From the NCBI GenBank assembly GCA_964413905.1, contig CAYPUG010000003.1:17896-59599 (forward strand): a stretch of 41,704 bases of DNA. Reading direction: 5' to 3'. Positions 17,849 to 28,281 of the stretch are shown piece after piece. The notes under the pieces were generated by a model. The model saw nothing but the letters and a program-made list of their open reading frames with translations, was not told the origin of the DNA and made no database searches. A program made the position numbers and the translations under genes. Each line of letters opens with the position of its first letter. The stretch's first letter is position 1. The DNA is from an uncultured Anaerolineae bacterium (GTDB lineage: Bacteria; Chloroflexota; Anaerolineae; JAADDB01).

Positions 17849-19643
17849 TCCTTCCCAACCGAATCCCTTCCGCGCGGCATGGGGAGCAATCTTTGGGGCC
17901 CTATGCTGCGCGGTCTTTATTTTCCTGATGATCCTGGCCTTGTGGTGGCGTCAGGAGACGTTGCGCGCGTACCTTTTTGCTCTAACCGGCGAGGAATCCC
18001 TGATGCCGCAGGTGAAAGCGGTGACGGACTTGGTGGCCGACCAATTCCGTCCTCCCTTACGCCTGGCTGAAGACCGGTTTATCCCTCATGTTGACCTTAA
18101 CCCCTTTGGCGTCAACGTCTTCTTGGAACAAGAAGTGGAACCGGCCAAACGAGAACTCGCGGTACGCATGGCCGCAGAGGCCGGGTTTCACTGGTTGCGC
18201 CAGGAATTCCCCTGGGAGGACATCGAAATTCACGGTAAGGGGGATTTCCAGGACCGGCGCAATCGTCCCTATCGGTCTGCATGGGAGAAATACGACCACA
18301 TTGTGGACTTGGCCGAGAAGTATCATATGGACCTCTTGGTGCGTTTGGACAACCCGCCGGCTTGGTCTCGCTCCCAGGGAGATGCCATCGGTACCCACGC
18401 GCCGCCCGACAATTTCCAAGATTTCGCGGACTTCGTCTACGCGGTGGTGTCTCGATATAAAGGACGGGTGCGTTATTACCAGATCTGGAACGAGCCCAAC
18501 ATTTACCCCGAATGGGGAGAACAACCCGTCAGCCCAGAGGCATACACCGAGCTCCTCAAGGCTGCGGCCATTGCTGCACGGCAGGCAGATCCGCACGTGG
18601 TTATTGTCGCGGGTGCGCTGGCTGCCAACATTGAGTATGGCCCCCGAAACATGAACGACCTTCTCTTCCTGGAGCGTATGTATCGAGCCGGGGCCGCACC
18701 TTATTTCGACATCATGGCCACCCAAGGGTACGGTCTCTGGTCCGGACCCACAGATCATCGACTGACTCCCCGAGTGACGAACTTTTCCCGTCCCATGTTA
18801 TTGCGGGACATCATGGTGCGGCATGGAGATGCCGACAAACCTATCTGGATTTGTGAGATGAACTGGAATACCGCCCCACCGGACGTGCCACCTGTGTACG
18901 GGCGGGTGGATGAGGAAACTCAGGCCCGCTATCTCCTCCTCGCTTACGAACGTATTCAGAGGGAGTGGCCCTGGTTAGGGGTAGCCAACGTGTGGTATTT
19001 AAAGCGAGCCGATGATACGTGGCTTCGGGAGCGGCAGCCTCAAGCGTATTTCCAACTCCTCACGCCGGATTTCCAACCTACGCCCGCATACACCGCGCTG
19101 AAGGCGTACATGCATCAATCCCATCCCATGTACCGGGGTCATCACGACCAGTCTCATTGGACGGTGACATATCAAGGACGGTGGAAAACAGTTCAAGATG
19201 AGAGGGCCATTCTCGGAACCTACATTCAGAGCACGACACCCGGTTCCAGTGTCACGGTTCGGTTTGTAGGTACGGGCCTGGATGTGCACTTAATTACTCG
19301 CTCGGATGGGGGACGGTTGGCCGTGCGGGTGGATGGCGTGCAGCGGCGGGCTATTTCTGTGGCCTCGGATGTACCTATGTATCGCCGGATTATCCCGGTT
19401 GTGGCCGCGGCTTCATACGGCGAACACGAGGTGGTTTTAACGTTGGTAGAAGGCCCCCGTGGTCACACCGTGCGTATCGACGGATTCACCGTGCGCGGTC
19501 CAGGGACTTTTCCACGGCACTGGACCTGGGAGGATTTGGGATTTTGGTTGGGTGTTCTAGGAATCTTCACTGTCGGGCGACGGCTACGACAACAGCGTGA
19601 GGCGACAAAACACTTGGATATCCCCCGACGTACGGTTCAATAA
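17745..19643 (+). CDS. Membrane-anchored clan GH-A glycoside hydrolase (GH5/GH39-like); true start probably somewhat downstream
   Basis: WLRQEFPWEDIE, YQIWNEPN (acid/base), IWICEMNW (nucleophile). TM segments near both termini and a C-terminal beta-sandwich. Confidence 0.8.
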   Translation: MNLAGAFPRLLTCTRMVWLRRANVRSGPLTGIRANPSQPNPFRAAWGAIFGALCCAVFIFLMILALWWRQETLRAYLFALTGEESLMPQVKAVTDLVADQFRPPLRLAEDRFIPHVDLNPFGVNVFLEQEVEPAKRELAVRMAAEAGFHWLRQEFPWEDIEIHGKGDFQDRRNRPYRSAWEKYDHIVDLAEKYHMDLLVRLDNPPAWSRSQGDAIGTHAPPDNFQDFADFVYAVVSRYKGRVRYYQIWNEPNIYPEWGEQPVSPEAYTELLKAAAIAARQADPHVVIVAGALAANIEYGPRNMNDLLFLERMYRAGAAPYFDIMATQGYGLWSGPTDHRLTPRVTNFSRPMLLRDIMVRHGDADKPIWICEMNWNTAPPDVPPVYGRVDEETQARYLLLAYERIQREWPWLGVANVWYLKRADDTWLRERQPQAYFQLLTPDFQPTPAYTALKAYMHQSHPMYRGHHDQSHWTVTYQGRWKTVQDERAILGTYIQSTTPGSSVTVRFVGTGLDVHLITRSDGGRLAVRVDGVQRRAISVASDVPMYRRIIPVVAAASYGEHEVVLTLVEGPRGHTVRIDGFTVRGPGTFPRHWTWEDLGFWLGVLGIFTVGRRLRQQREATKHLDIPRRTVQ

Positions 19644-19735
19644 ATTCAACGGTCGCAGCAATTACGCGGCGCTTTGACAGACTACCAGTGGAGGCACAGG
19701 GGAAGGGGTGTTGGAAAGGGGGGCCGCCGGTGTAT

Positions 19736-19764
19736 TTGCCAACCGGCAGGGGGGCTCGTATAAT
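19736..19764 (+). promoter_or_regulatory. Sigma70-type promoter
   Basis: TTGCCA, 17 bp spacer, TATAAT. Confidence 0.65.
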
Positions 19765-19832
19765 GGAAAGTGTGCAAAGAGGGGAAGTGTTGACCCCCAT
19801 CCTCACTTTCATCGCAAAGGAGCAGGGTAACA

Positions 19833-20480
19833 ATGAAGGTGCGCATTGTTTGGTACGGCCATGATGCATTCCGTGTGGAGGGGCCGCCTATTGTGTACAT
19901 TGATCCATGGCGGCTTCCCGATGATCTTCCCCTCGCCGATATCATTTTAATCACGCACGATCATTATGACCATTGCTCGCCGGAAGATGTGGATAAAATC
20001 CTCGCACCGGACACCATCCTGGTCGCGCCGCACCGCGCGATGGATAAGCTGCGGGACATTCCTGCAGAGAAAAAGGTGGTCCAGGCGGGCGATCGTCTTA
20101 CGTTAGGACACCTGCGTTTGGAAGTGGTGCCCGCGTACAACATCAACAAAAAGTTTCACCCTCGACGGGCCGGACATGTGGGCTATATCCTTACCCTGCA
20201 CGGCGTGCGCGTGTACCATGCGGGGGATACGGATTTCATTCCTGAGATGGAGCGCATCCGCTGCGATGTCGCCCTGTTGCCGGTAAGTGGTACATATGTA
20301 ATGGACGCGAAGGAAGCGGCTCAAGCCGCGGCGGTGCTCCAACCCCGTCTCGTCATCCCCATGCACTATGGAGCCATTGTAGGGAGTCGAAAAGATGCGG
20401 AGCGGCTCGCCCGCCTGACGGACATCCCCGTTCGCATCCTGGAACCGGAAGAGGCCATCACGGTGGATGCGAGAGTGTGA
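19833..20480 (+). CDS. MBL-fold metallo-hydrolase (UPF0173/UlaG-like)
   Basis: GHDAF, THDHYDH, YHAGDT, IPMHYG. Confidence 0.9.
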   Translation: MKVRIVWYGHDAFRVEGPPIVYIDPWRLPDDLPLADIILITHDHYDHCSPEDVDKILAPDTILVAPHRAMDKLRDIPAEKKVVQAGDRLTLGHLRLEVVPAYNINKKFHPRRAGHVGYILTLHGVRVYHAGDTDFIPEMERIRCDVALLPVSGTYVMDAKEAAQAAAVLQPRLVIPMHYGAIVGSRKDAERLARLTDIPVRILEPEEAITVDARV

Positions 20481-20488
20481 TGATGCGG

Positions 20489-22114
20489 TCACGCTTCGGC
20501 CAAGGCCGGTACCACTTGTTTCTTGCGGGAGAGCACGCCCGGCAACCAGGCGATTCCGTCTTTTAATGTGACCCCAAACGCTCGTTCCACCACTCGCGTG
20601 TTACCGACCGCAATGACCGTGCTGCCCTCGGCCAGCACATCCGTTACTAAGAGCATGGCTAACTCGTATTTGCCCTGGTCGGCCAGGCGGTGTAATGCGT
20701 CTTTGAATTCGCTTAACCGAGCCATAACCTGCTCCCGGTCCGCGACCTCAACTTGGGCAATGGCCATGCTGATACCGTTCAACACGTAAGGTTTCATGTC
20801 CCCGGTGACAATCTCCCACGCAGAAAGGTCGGAGATATCCGTTTTCGCGCGGTACATATCGGTGCCGAATTTTATTGCGTCCACACCAGCCAGAGGGGCT
20901 AAGAAATCTACCGCCTTACGGTCCATCTCTGTGGTCGTGGGTGACCGAAGGAGCATGGTGTCGGACAGGATGGCGGCCAGCATCAGCCCGGCCATATCGC
21001 GTGGTGGTGTTACGTTCACTTCCCGATAGCGATGAAGGATTAATGTCGCGGAACAACCCACCGGAAGGACCAGTACCCTGAGTGGCGCTTGGGTTTCCAA
21101 GCCGCCTAATCGGTGGTGGTCGATAATCTCCAAGATATCCGCTTCTTCGATGCCGGGTACGGTTTGCTGCGGCTCAGAATGATCAATGAGGATGACCCGA
21201 CGGCGTCGTGGCCGTAACAGGTCATGTCGGGTGAGGATGCCGACCAACCGTTCATTGTCCACCACCAACGCGACCCCATGCCGATCCTGCATCAAATCCG
21301 ACGTGATTTCCCCCAGCAACTCATTGGGGCCGAACATGAGGGGAGCTCGCTCTGCCATAGCAATCGCGGGTAAACTCAGTCGCACCAGACGCATGGTGGT
21401 GGCCGTCGTGTGGGGAGAAAGGATGACCACCGTCCCTTGTTCACGGGCCTTCGCCAGAATCATTTTCCGGGGCCGGATACCGCCGGAGATAATGAGCGCG
21501 CTCGCTCGGTTCTCGATGGCCGTTCTTTGCGCGTCCGTTCGGTTGGCGACGATCACCACATCGCCGGGCCGGATATACCTGCGCATTAGGGCGGGAGTCA
21601 TGGCCCCGATCACCGGCCGGCCGGTGAGTCGAACATCCGGTGTCCCCACTAAGAGTTCTCCTTCCAGCGTGCGTACCACCTGGGCGACGGTGGGCGGTTC
21701 ACTGGCGAAAGAGAATGTGCCCGCTTCGTGGATGTACAGTTCGGCTAACGTGCGGGTGGTGACCACTCCATGGGGCCTGTTGTCCTCGTCCACTAAGGGC
21801 ACCGACCGGATACCCTTTTCCCGCATGAGGAAACCGACTTCATAGGAGGTGGCGTCCACGGGCGCGGTAATCACCTCTGTGACCATGGCCTCGCGCACCC
21901 GTCGGTGGACGTGATCCAGGAGCGGGGGCTCCTCCACGCCGAAATACTCCAACACAAACCGGGTCTCGCGGTTGATCGGTCCCAGGCGGAACGCCCGGAA
22001 AGTCTCGTTTGGCTCCTCACGGGATTTGAGCCACGCATACGCGATGGGAGACGCGATACTGTCCGTGTCCGGGTTTTGATGTCCTACAACGGCGATAACG
22101 GATGTGTCGGGCAT
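20489..22114 (-). CDS. ppaC: Mn-dependent family II inorganic pyrophosphatase with CBS-DRTGG-CBS insert
   Basis: GHQNPDTDS, LIDH, DHHRLG, ILSDT, SRKKQVVP, CBS pair and DRTGG-type segment. RBS GAGGAG before ATG 22114. Confidence 0.92.
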   Translation of the reverse strand: MPDTSVIAVVGHQNPDTDSIASPIAYAWLKSREEPNETFRAFRLGPINRETRFVLEYFGVEEPPLLDHVHRRVREAMVTEVITAPVDATSYEVGFLMREKGIRSVPLVDEDNRPHGVVTTRTLAELYIHEAGTFSFASEPPTVAQVVRTLEGELLVGTPDVRLTGRPVIGAMTPALMRRYIRPGDVVIVANRTDAQRTAIENRASALIISGGIRPRKMILAKAREQGTVVILSPHTTATTMRLVRLSLPAIAMAERAPLMFGPNELLGEITSDLMQDRHGVALVVDNERLVGILTRHDLLRPRRRRVILIDHSEPQQTVPGIEEADILEIIDHHRLGGLETQAPLRVLVLPVGCSATLILHRYREVNVTPPRDMAGLMLAAILSDTMLLRSPTTTEMDRKAVDFLAPLAGVDAIKFGTDMYRAKTDISDLSAWEIVTGDMKPYVLNGISMAIAQVEVADREQVMARLSEFKDALHRLADQGKYELAMLLVTDVLAEGSTVIAVGNTRVVERAFGVTLKDGIAWLPGVLSRKKQVVPALAEA

Positions 22115-22308
22115 GTTCGGTATCTCCTCTCCTTCCCCATCCGGGGCCATAATCAGGTTCGATTCTTCAATATTGTACAATATCTTGGAAAGGGGTAAAA
22201 TGCACACTTGCCTGTAGATGGACTTTTGTCTTCTTCTCATGGCGTGATGTGTCGGGGCGGATTTATCTGTGACGTTATGAGAACATTCTGAGAAACGGGG
22301 CGAACATT

Positions 22309-22737
22309 ATGTGGCAAGAAATTGTCCTGGCAGAAGAGGAACTGGAACACCTTTCCGATGTGGAAAAGCGTATTGGCGGACGCATTATGGACATCCGCAC
22401 CTTAGGGGATGGGAACGCGTTGGTTCGTTATGCCCCTATTGTGAACGATTCCTGGTTTTTGGAAATTATGGGTGGTGAACCCCGTCTCTGCTTTGTCGAT
22501 GAATACGGCTTTATCATGTACGTGGATGAAGCGTTCGACGTATCTCCCGAGGACATCGCGAGGATTATCGAACGCGTCATGAAGGATTACGGCATTACAC
22601 ACGAGGATTCCGGGCAATTCTACCCCATTCACCCGGAGACCGATGCCGCCTTTCAGGCCTTGATCAAGCAGGCCCGGCGCGTGTGGGTACCCGGAACTCG
22701 ACGGTCCCCTGCTGTGCAGAAGGTCAAACCCCGATGA
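22309..22737 (+). CDS. Hypothetical protein (142 aa, acidic)
   Basis: Fills the gap between ppaC and tig with protein-like composition. No recognised motif. Confidence 0.7.
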   Translation: MWQEIVLAEEELEHLSDVEKRIGGRIMDIRTLGDGNALVRYAPIVNDSWFLEIMGGEPRLCFVDEYGFIMYVDEAFDVSPEDIARIIERVMKDYGITHEDSGQFYPIHPETDAAFQALIKQARRVWVPGTRRSPAVQKVKPR

Positions 22738-22743
22738 TGACTT

Positions 22744-22771
22744 TTGCCCGCGTTCTCACGCGGGATATAAT
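22744..22771 (+). promoter_or_regulatory. Probable sigma70 promoter for tig-clpP-clpX
   Basis: TTGCCC, 16 bp spacer, TATAAT. Confidence 0.55.
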
Positions 22772-22822
22772 AGGCCAACGTAAGACGTTTATGAGCGCCA
22801 TCGCGCGTTTTGGACATGTGTG

Positions 22823-22886
22823 CTGATTGACCGACACACTTCCTTCTAAGCCAAGGTGCATTCGCAGAGTTTTGTCAGTCACTCAG
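22823..22886. mobile_element. Short family A element with an 8-bp target-site duplication
   Basis: Ends ctgattgaccgaca / tgtcagtcactcag, flanked by catgtgtg at 22815-22822 and 22887-22894. Confidence 0.8.
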
Positions 22887-23003
22887 CATGTGTGTTGACA
22901 AGTGGATGGCTGATGGATCTAAAACAAGATATATCGGTCAATCAGGGGCAATAAAACGGCCCCGGTGGCCATGAGATTATCCGGTAGAAACGTAGGAGGA
23001 CCC

Positions 23004-24503
23004 GTGAACGAACGAGTAATCGTTGAAGAGTTAGAGAGCGGTAAACCGCGCACTCAATCATTGAAGATTCACGTGCAGGAGGAGGCGCTGCGCAAAGGTT
23101 TGGAGCGCATCGCACGGGATGTTTCAAGACAAATACGCATTCCCGGGTTTCGTCCCGGCCGAGCCCCGTATCCTATTGTGGAACGGCATGTAGGGCGTCG
23201 TTACTTGCTGGAGGAGTTTGTTGAGCGGGAAATTGATAACTTGGTTCAAGAGGCCCTGGACCTTATCAACGTCAAACCCGCGTATCCTCTTGAACTTGTT
23301 CACATTGACCTGGAGCCCCTCACCATTCAAGTGGATGTTCCCTTGGAACCCACCGTGGACTTGGGAGATTATTTGAACATCCGCATTCCCTACGAGCCTC
23401 CTCAGGTGACCGAGGAGGATGTGGATAAGTTCTTTGAAGATTTGTTGGCCTCGCGTGGGACCTGGGAACCGGTGGATGAACCCGCACAAGCCAAGGATCG
23501 AGTGACTGCGACGGTGTCCATCCAGGTAGGAGACCACACAGAAAAGGACGAGAACGTGGAGATTCCGCTGGATGAGGAATCCTACCTGCCCGGGTTCGTG
23601 GAGGAATTGGTCGGAGTGAAGGCAGGCGATGTTCGTGAGTTCGACCTGCCGGTGCCGGAGGATCACCCCTGGCGGGAGCACGGTGAGGAAGCCCACTTCA
23701 CCGTGACCGTCCACGAGGTGAAGCGCCTAAACGTTCCCGAGTTAACGCCTGAACTCATCAAAGAACTAAACCCCGACGTGGAGACTGAAGAAGAACTGCG
23801 TGAGATTGTGCGGGAGAACCTTCAACAGGAACGGGAGCGGCTCGCCCGTCAAGAGTATCAGGAAAAGGTGTTGGAAGCGGTGGAGGAGCAGGCTACGGTA
23901 GAATTTCCTCCCGTCTTGGTCGAGCGATATTTGGATGAATACATTCGTCACTTGAAGGAATACTTCCAGCGTCTGGGCATCACGTGGGACCAATACCTTT
24001 CGCTTCTGCAGAAGAGCGAGGAGGAAATCCGCGAGGAACGCCGAGAAGAAGCGGAGAAGAGCATTCGTCGGGAGATCATCGTGGATCATTTGATTAAGAC
24101 TCACCACCTTTCCATTCGTCACCAGGATGTGCGAGACGTTGCGTTGGATTACATAAGTCGCTATGGGATGTTGGCGGAAGAGTTCTGGACACGGCTGAAC
24201 GAGGACGAATCTTTCCGACAAGAGGTGATACGGGATGCAGGCATTGCGCGGGCATTGGCTTTCTTAGCCGATATTGCCATGGGTAAACCCTTAGAGGAAG
24301 CGGTGAAGGGCGATGAGGAGACAGAGGCCTCAGAGGGTGAGGACGAAGGCAAGGGAGATGTGACAGAGGAAACCTCCTCTGAGGAAGTCGCGAGGGCAGA
24401 GGGTGATGAAGGCGCCCATGCTGGCGATACCCACAGCGAGGAAGAAAAGCGCGCGGAAACAGAGATACGTGACGAAAACATAGCCCCTGAAGGAGAGGCA
24501 TAG
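23004..24503 (+). CDS. tig: Trigger factor
   Basis: IPGFRPGRAP ribosome-binding motif, FKBP-like LPGFVEELVG, acidic tail. RBS AGGAGG before GTG 23004. Confidence 0.93.
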   Translation: MNERVIVEELESGKPRTQSLKIHVQEEALRKGLERIARDVSRQIRIPGFRPGRAPYPIVERHVGRRYLLEEFVEREIDNLVQEALDLINVKPAYPLELVHIDLEPLTIQVDVPLEPTVDLGDYLNIRIPYEPPQVTEEDVDKFFEDLLASRGTWEPVDEPAQAKDRVTATVSIQVGDHTEKDENVEIPLDEESYLPGFVEELVGVKAGDVREFDLPVPEDHPWREHGEEAHFTVTVHEVKRLNVPELTPELIKELNPDVETEEELREIVRENLQQERERLARQEYQEKVLEAVEEQATVEFPPVLVERYLDEYIRHLKEYFQRLGITWDQYLSLLQKSEEEIREERREEAEKSIRREIIVDHLIKTHHLSIRHQDVRDVALDYISRYGMLAEEFWTRLNEDESFRQEVIRDAGIARALAFLADIAMGKPLEEAVKGDEETEASEGEDEGKGDVTEETSSEEVARAEGDEGAHAGDTHSEEEKRAETEIRDENIAPEGEA

Positions 24504-24518
24504 AGGAGGTTGTACGCT

Positions 24519-25181
24519 ATGAGCGATTTAGGTAAACTGATTCGCCCCCACTCCTTGATCCCCATGGTTATCGAACAGACAGGGCGAGGGGAGCGGGCAT
24601 TTGATATTTACTCCTTATTGCTGAAAGAGCGCATCATCTTTCTAGGTACACCGATTAACGATCAGATCGCAAATCTCATTGTAGCCCAGTTACTTTTCCT
24701 CAACCGGGAAGATCCGGAGCGAGACATTCACCTGTACATCAACTCGCCAGGCGGGCATGTCTACCCCGGGTTGGCGATTTACGACACCATCCAGATGATT
24801 CAGGCGCCGGTGGCTACGTTCGCCGTGGGGTGGACGGCCAGCATGGGCACGGTGCTCCTCGCTTCAGGCACCAAGGGCAAGCGATACGCTTTACCTCACG
24901 CCACCATTCACATGCACCCTGCGGGTGGCGGTGCTCATGGGTACACCCCGGATGTGCGCATTCAGGTGCGTGAGTTAGAGCGGATTGAGAATTTGCTTTT
25001 CCACATCCTGTCCAAGCATACCGGGCAACCCCTCGAGCGTATTCGGTCGGACTTTGAGCGCGATTATTACATGAACGCGCTGGAAGCAAAGGAATACGGG
25101 ATCGTGGACGAGGTCATCGGCCACTCCCTGTTCGAGGAAATGGAAGAAGAGGAACGTTCTGCTACGGAACAGGGAGGATAA
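24519..25181 (+). CDS. clpP: ATP-dependent Clp protease proteolytic subunit
   Basis: [30 protein letters not shown] (catalytic Ser), HMHP (His), ERDYYM (Asp). Confidence 0.95.
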   Translation: MSDLGKLIRPHSLIPMVIEQTGRGERAFDIYSLLLKERIIFLGTPINDQIANLIVAQLLFLNREDPERDIHLYINSPGGHVYPGLAIYDTIQMIQAPVATFAVGWTASMGTVLLASGTKGKRYALPHATIHMHPAGGGAHGYTPDVRIQVRELERIENLLFHILSKHTGQPLERIRSDFERDYYMNALEAKEYGIVDEVIGHSLFEEMEEEERSATEQGG

Positions 25182-25184
25182 CCC

Positions 25185-26474
25185 ATGACGGAAGCCCGTT
25201 GCTCCTTTTGCCATCGGTCCCAGGATGAAGTGCGTCGCCTGATCGAAGGTCCGGACGGTGTGTACATTTGTGATGAATGCGTGGAATTGTGTGTGGAAAT
25301 TCTGGCGGAAGAGGGCGTTTCCTCTTCCGTGATGACGACCCCTATTGTCCAGATGGACCGCATCCCCTCCCCAAAGGAGATTGTGCGCCGTTTAGATGAG
25401 TACGTCATCGGCCAAGATCGGGCCAAGAAAGTCCTTTCCGTCGCGGTGTACAATCATTACAAGCGCATTATGGTCGGTGGGGGCGACGAGGAGGTAGAGT
25501 TGCAGAAAACGAACATCCTCCTTATCGGTCCTACCGGCGTGGGGAAGACGCTGTTGGCTCAAACACTGGCTCGTATTCTGGATGTGCCTTTTACCATTGC
25601 CGACGCGACCGGCCTTACGGAAGCGGGATATGTGGGCGAAGATGTGGAGAATATCCTCGTGGGTTTGTTGCAGGCCGCGGATTACGATGTGGAGAAGGCC
25701 AGCAAGGGCATCGTTTACATCGACGAGATTGACAAAATCGCCCGTAAGAGCGGGGATAATCCCTCTATTACGCGGGATGTGTCCGGTGAGGGTGTCCAAC
25801 AGGCGCTTCTAAAAATCATCGAAGGAACGGTGGCCAAGGTGCCTCCTACAGGAGGACGCAAACATCCTCACCAGGAATTTATTCACTTGGACACCACCAA
25901 CATCCTTTTCATCTGCGGTGGTGCGTTTTCCGGCTTAGAAGACATTGTTGCTCAGCGGGTCGGTGTCAAAGGACAAGTAGGGTTTACGACCGCGGCTTCC
26001 GACGGGGGGCGACGGGAGTACACCACCGCGGAGTTACTACAGCAAGTCATCCCGGATGATTTAATTAAATACGGGCTTATCCCGGAATTTGTGGGGCGCA
26101 TTCCGGTGACGGTAAGCGTCGACCCGTTGGACAAGGAAACGCTTGTCCGCATTCTTACCGAGCCTAAGAACGCCATTGTGAAGCAATATCAGCGTCTGTT
26201 CGCTATGGACGGTGTGGAATTGGTCTTCACGCAAGATGCGTTGGAGGCCATCGCGGAAGAAGCTATGAAGCAACAAACGGGTGCTCGAGGGTTGCGCAGC
26301 ATTGTAGAAGGGCTTCTCATGGAGGTTATGTACGAGATCCCGGGCCGGGATGATGTGGTCAAGTGCGTGATCAACGGGGATATTGTACGATCCCACAAAC
26401 GGCCCCTGTTATTGAACGAGCAGGGGGTGGCGGTATTGTGGGGGGAGGATGCGGAGCGGGCGGAAACTGCGTAA
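25185..26474 (+). CDS. clpX: ATP-dependent Clp protease ATP-binding subunit
   Basis: CSFC/ICDEC zinc finger, [28 protein letters not shown] loop. Confidence 0.97.
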   Translation: MTEARCSFCHRSQDEVRRLIEGPDGVYICDECVELCVEILAEEGVSSSVMTTPIVQMDRIPSPKEIVRRLDEYVIGQDRAKKVLSVAVYNHYKRIMVGGGDEEVELQKTNILLIGPTGVGKTLLAQTLARILDVPFTIADATGLTEAGYVGEDVENILVGLLQAADYDVEKASKGIVYIDEIDKIARKSGDNPSITRDVSGEGVQQALLKIIEGTVAKVPPTGGRKHPHQEFIHLDTTNILFICGGAFSGLEDIVAQRVGVKGQVGFTTAASDGGRREYTTAELLQQVIPDDLIKYGLIPEFVGRIPVTVSVDPLDKETLVRILTEPKNAIVKQYQRLFAMDGVELVFTQDALEAIAEEAMKQQTGARGLRSIVEGLLMEVMYEIPGRDDVVKCVINGDIVRSHKRPLLLNEQGVAVLWGEDAERAETA

Positions 26475-26499
26475 CCGGCTCCTCATACACGTGTTTATC

Positions 26500-26527
26500 A
26501 GGGCGGACACCGCGGTCCGCCCTTTTT
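26500..26527 (+). terminator. Intrinsic terminator after clpX
   Basis: agggcggac-accgcg-gtccgccct followed by a T run. Confidence 0.8.
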
Positions 26528-26552
26528 CATATACACAGTCGGTGAGGACGCT

Positions 26553-27755
26553 GTGACCTACCTATCACCTTTAGATTTTCCGGTGATTCGCATAGAAGAT
26601 GTGTGGGCTCTCATGCGGCATCAGATTACACCGCTGAAGCCCCGGCGGCTCCCTTTGGCGGACGCGGGAGGACACGTGTTGGCCGAGGAGATTATCGCCT
26701 CCGTGCCTTTGCCTTCTTTTCCCACGGCACGTGTGGATGGGTACGCCGTCCGGGTTGAAGACGGCCCTATGCCGCGACGAGTGGTTGGCGAACAGCGGGC
26801 CGGTCAGGAACCCTGGGTGCAAGTGGGGCCGGGAGAAGCGGTGTGGGTAACGACCGGCGCAGTGGTGCCGGATGGGGCGGACGCTGTAGTTCCCGTGGAG
26901 CAGGTGGATGAAGAGGGATCTGGGAGGGTGCGTCCACGGGGACTTGTTACGCGGGGCATGTACGTTCGTCCTGTGGGCTACGATGTGCAGCCCGGCGATC
27001 GGCTTCTATCCCCGGGGGTACGTCTTCGTTCCGGTGAGGTGGCGCTGCTCGCGAGTGTGGGCGTGTCGAAAGTTTCTGTGTATCCCCGTCCCCGCGTGGC
27101 CGTCTTGGCGACCGGAGATGAGTTACAAGAACCGGGGACGCCCCTCAAACCGGGGCATATCTGGGTCGGCAACCGTTACGGATTGTTGACCGCGGCGCGG
27201 GATGTGGGAGGTGTGCCGGTGGATATGGGTATTGTTCCCGACACCCCCGAAGTGCTGCGTTCGGCCATCCGGGAGTCTGTGCGCCGGGCGGATGTGGTCA
27301 TCTCTACCGGGGGGCTTTCTATGGGGGACGCGGATTGGACACGCGATGTCCTGGCCGAGATGGGTACGGTGTACGTAGGACGGACCACCGCGCGGCCGGT
27401 ACAGTCGGCCATGTTTGTCATGGTGGAGGACACACCGGTTATCGCACTGCCTGGAAGCCCCGTGGCAGCATGGGTGGGGTTCTTTGTTCTAGGATGGCCG
27501 GCCATCCGTTTGCGTGCCGGGGAACAGGGATGGTCGCCGCCGCGTGTGTTCGTGCGAGTGCCTCAAGAGGTGAATTTGGGTGAGAGGGAGGCCTTTGTTC
27601 CCGCGCGTGTGCTCTATCGGGATGGAGAACTATGGGCGGAAATGTTGCCGCGTGGCGTACGGAGCAGTGTGAGGGCGCAAGTTCTCCTGTATATCTCGCC
27701 CCAGTTCATACACACCCGCCCAGGACATATGGTGGAAGCATGGTGGTTACCCTAG
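26553..27755 (+). CDS. moeA: Molybdopterin molybdotransferase (divergent)
   Basis: DGYAV, TGAVVPDGADAVVPVE, ATGDEL, STGGLSMGDAD, LPGSP. Confidence 0.88.
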   Translation: MTYLSPLDFPVIRIEDVWALMRHQITPLKPRRLPLADAGGHVLAEEIIASVPLPSFPTARVDGYAVRVEDGPMPRRVVGEQRAGQEPWVQVGPGEAVWVTTGAVVPDGADAVVPVEQVDEEGSGRVRPRGLVTRGMYVRPVGYDVQPGDRLLSPGVRLRSGEVALLASVGVSKVSVYPRPRVAVLATGDELQEPGTPLKPGHIWVGNRYGLLTAARDVGGVPVDMGIVPDTPEVLRSAIRESVRRADVVISTGGLSMGDADWTRDVLAEMGTVYVGRTTARPVQSAMFVMVEDTPVIALPGSPVAAWVGFFVLGWPAIRLRAGEQGWSPPRVFVRVPQEVNLGEREAFVPARVLYRDGELWAEMLPRGVRSSVRAQVLLYISPQFIHTRPGHMVEAWWLP

Positions 27756-27789
27756 CCCTCTGTAAACCGCAGAATAAGGAGTGGACACG

Positions 27790-28281
27790 ATGGGTGAAAA
27801 CACTTTAACACATTTGGATGTGGAAGGTCGGGCTCGCATGGTGGATGTGACGGCTAAGCCGGAGACGGAGCGTTTGGCCGTCGCCGCGGGCGAGGTGGTC
27901 ATGCGTCCGGAGACGTTGGAGGCTATCATTGAAGGAAATGTAAAGAAAGGGGATGTCTTAGGTACCGCGCGCATTGCAGGCATTATGGCGGCCAAGCGAA
28001 CGGGGGAACTTATTCCCCTCTGTCATCCCTTACTGTTGACCAAAGTGGAAGTGGACTTCACCATTGACCGAGAAGCGAGTAAAATACGTATTTACGCCTT
28101 GGTGAAAACCCGCGGGCAAACGGGTGTGGAAATGGAAGCCCTGACTGCAGTATCGGTGGCCGCGTTGACAATTTACGACATGGCGAAAGCCCTGGAAAAA
28201 ACTATGCGCATTGAGAACATTCGTCTTGTGAGGAAAGAAGGCGGTAAGAGCGGCACATTTGTTCAGGAGGAATACCCCTAA
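27790..28281 (+). CDS. moaC: Cyclic pyranopterin monophosphate synthase
   Basis: [39 protein letters not shown]. Confidence 0.96.
   Translation: MGENTLTHLDVEGRARMVDVTAKPETERLAVAAGEVVMRPETLEAIIEGNVKKGDVLGTARIAGIMAAKRTGELIPLCHPLLLTKVEVDFTIDREASKIRIYALVKTRGQTGVEMEALTAVSVAALTIYDMAKALEKTMRIENIRLVRKEGGKSGTFVQEEYP

Noticed and set aside
22738-23003. tRNA gene upstream of tig (a common arrangement)
   Set aside because: No cloverleaf or GTTCRA T-loop is visible. The region is explained by a promoter and a family A element.
24519-26474. Atypical ClpP HMHP and ClpX VGF motifs
   Set aside because: The catalytic Ser, His and Asp are retained and VGF fits the [LIV]G[FL] docking loop, so this is normal variation.
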